Assembly: GCF_006345805.1 (NCBI RefSeq)
Contig: NW_021837007.1
Coordinates: 1-22,178 of the forward strand
Source: Octopus sinensis
Lineage: Eukaryota
Direction of reading: 5' to 3'
DNA: 22,178 bases
In this document: positions 21,615 to 22,178 of the stretch, one piece after another
Layout: each line of letters starts with the position of its first letter
Numbering within the stretch: position 1 is the stretch's first letter
Position numbers and translations under genes: made by a program
Notes under the pieces: generated by a model
Database searches by the model: none
What the model was told of the DNA's origin: nothing
Seen by the model: the letters and a program-made list of their open reading frames with translations, nothing else

Positions 21615-21712
<98 letters not shown>
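21255..21712. repeat. (TATC)n, (TA)n and (GATA)n arrays
   Basis: Direct reading; the TATC and GATA blocks are mutually inverted around the TA tract. Confidence 0.95.
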
Positions 21713-21723
21713 CACTATATAAA

Positions 21724-22178
21724 CACAGACAGGACAGAAGTAAATAGACACCATTATAACCATGAAAATCTATTCAAATCTGAAATTATACATTCAAATT
21801 ATTTATTAATTGTTACAATATTAATATTTAAATACATAGTAGATATGTCCTTTGCATTTTTCAATGCAAGGACCTACCAGGCATGTTACTGATCAGCTGA
21901 CGAATATTCTCTTTAGGAATTTCTTGCCAATTTTCATGCAGTAACTCAAAAGATCTGGCTTTGAAGATGCTTTCTTGTTCTTTTTATGAAATGTCCTGTC
22001 CATTATGTCCTAAAGGTGTTCAATAGGGTTAATATCTGGTGACTGGCTTCACCATGTAAGCTTTTTAATGCCATTTTCACCCAACAAATCTTGGGTCATT
22101 TTAGCCGTGTCTTCCATAAATAAAGAGTTTTCTTGAAGCATTTCACCACTGAGAAAATGGAAGGAATCCTGGCTGCAT
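21724..22178 (-). mobile_element. Tc1/mariner DNA transposon, 3' part with candidate TIR; transposase pseudogene at 21830-22178
   Basis: Minus translation SLFMED-TAKMTQDLLGENGIKKLTW*SQSPDINPIEHL*DIMDR..ENWQEIPKENIRQLISNMPGR..KNAKD matches the Tc1 WPxQSPDLNPIExxW motif; TIR-like CACAGACAGGACAGAAGTAAATAGACACC at 21724. Confidence 0.9.

Overview
Eukaryotic, repeat-saturated non-coding DNA, most consistent with an octopus (coleoid cephalopod) genome. That assignment is an inference from the tRNA-headed SINE families and the extreme microsatellite load. No intact protein-coding gene is supportable, and almost all ORFs in the track are microsatellite artefacts. Recognisable content: a decayed Ty3/Gypsy (Mag-like) LTR element with a short LTR, PBS, gag, protease and RT start; RTE and L1/Tx1 LINE fragments; two Tc1 transposase relics; hAT-type MITEs; at least three SINE families, often nested; and a 180-bp satellite. 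The most interesting signals are three. (1) Penelope-type repeats carry minimal type-I hammerhead ribozyme motifs, from two different families. (2) One SINE subfamily shares its 3' tail with the Tx1-like LINE. (3) All three copies of that subfamily sit at a GGTAYTT site inside other copies of its own SINE family, suggesting target-specific self-nesting.
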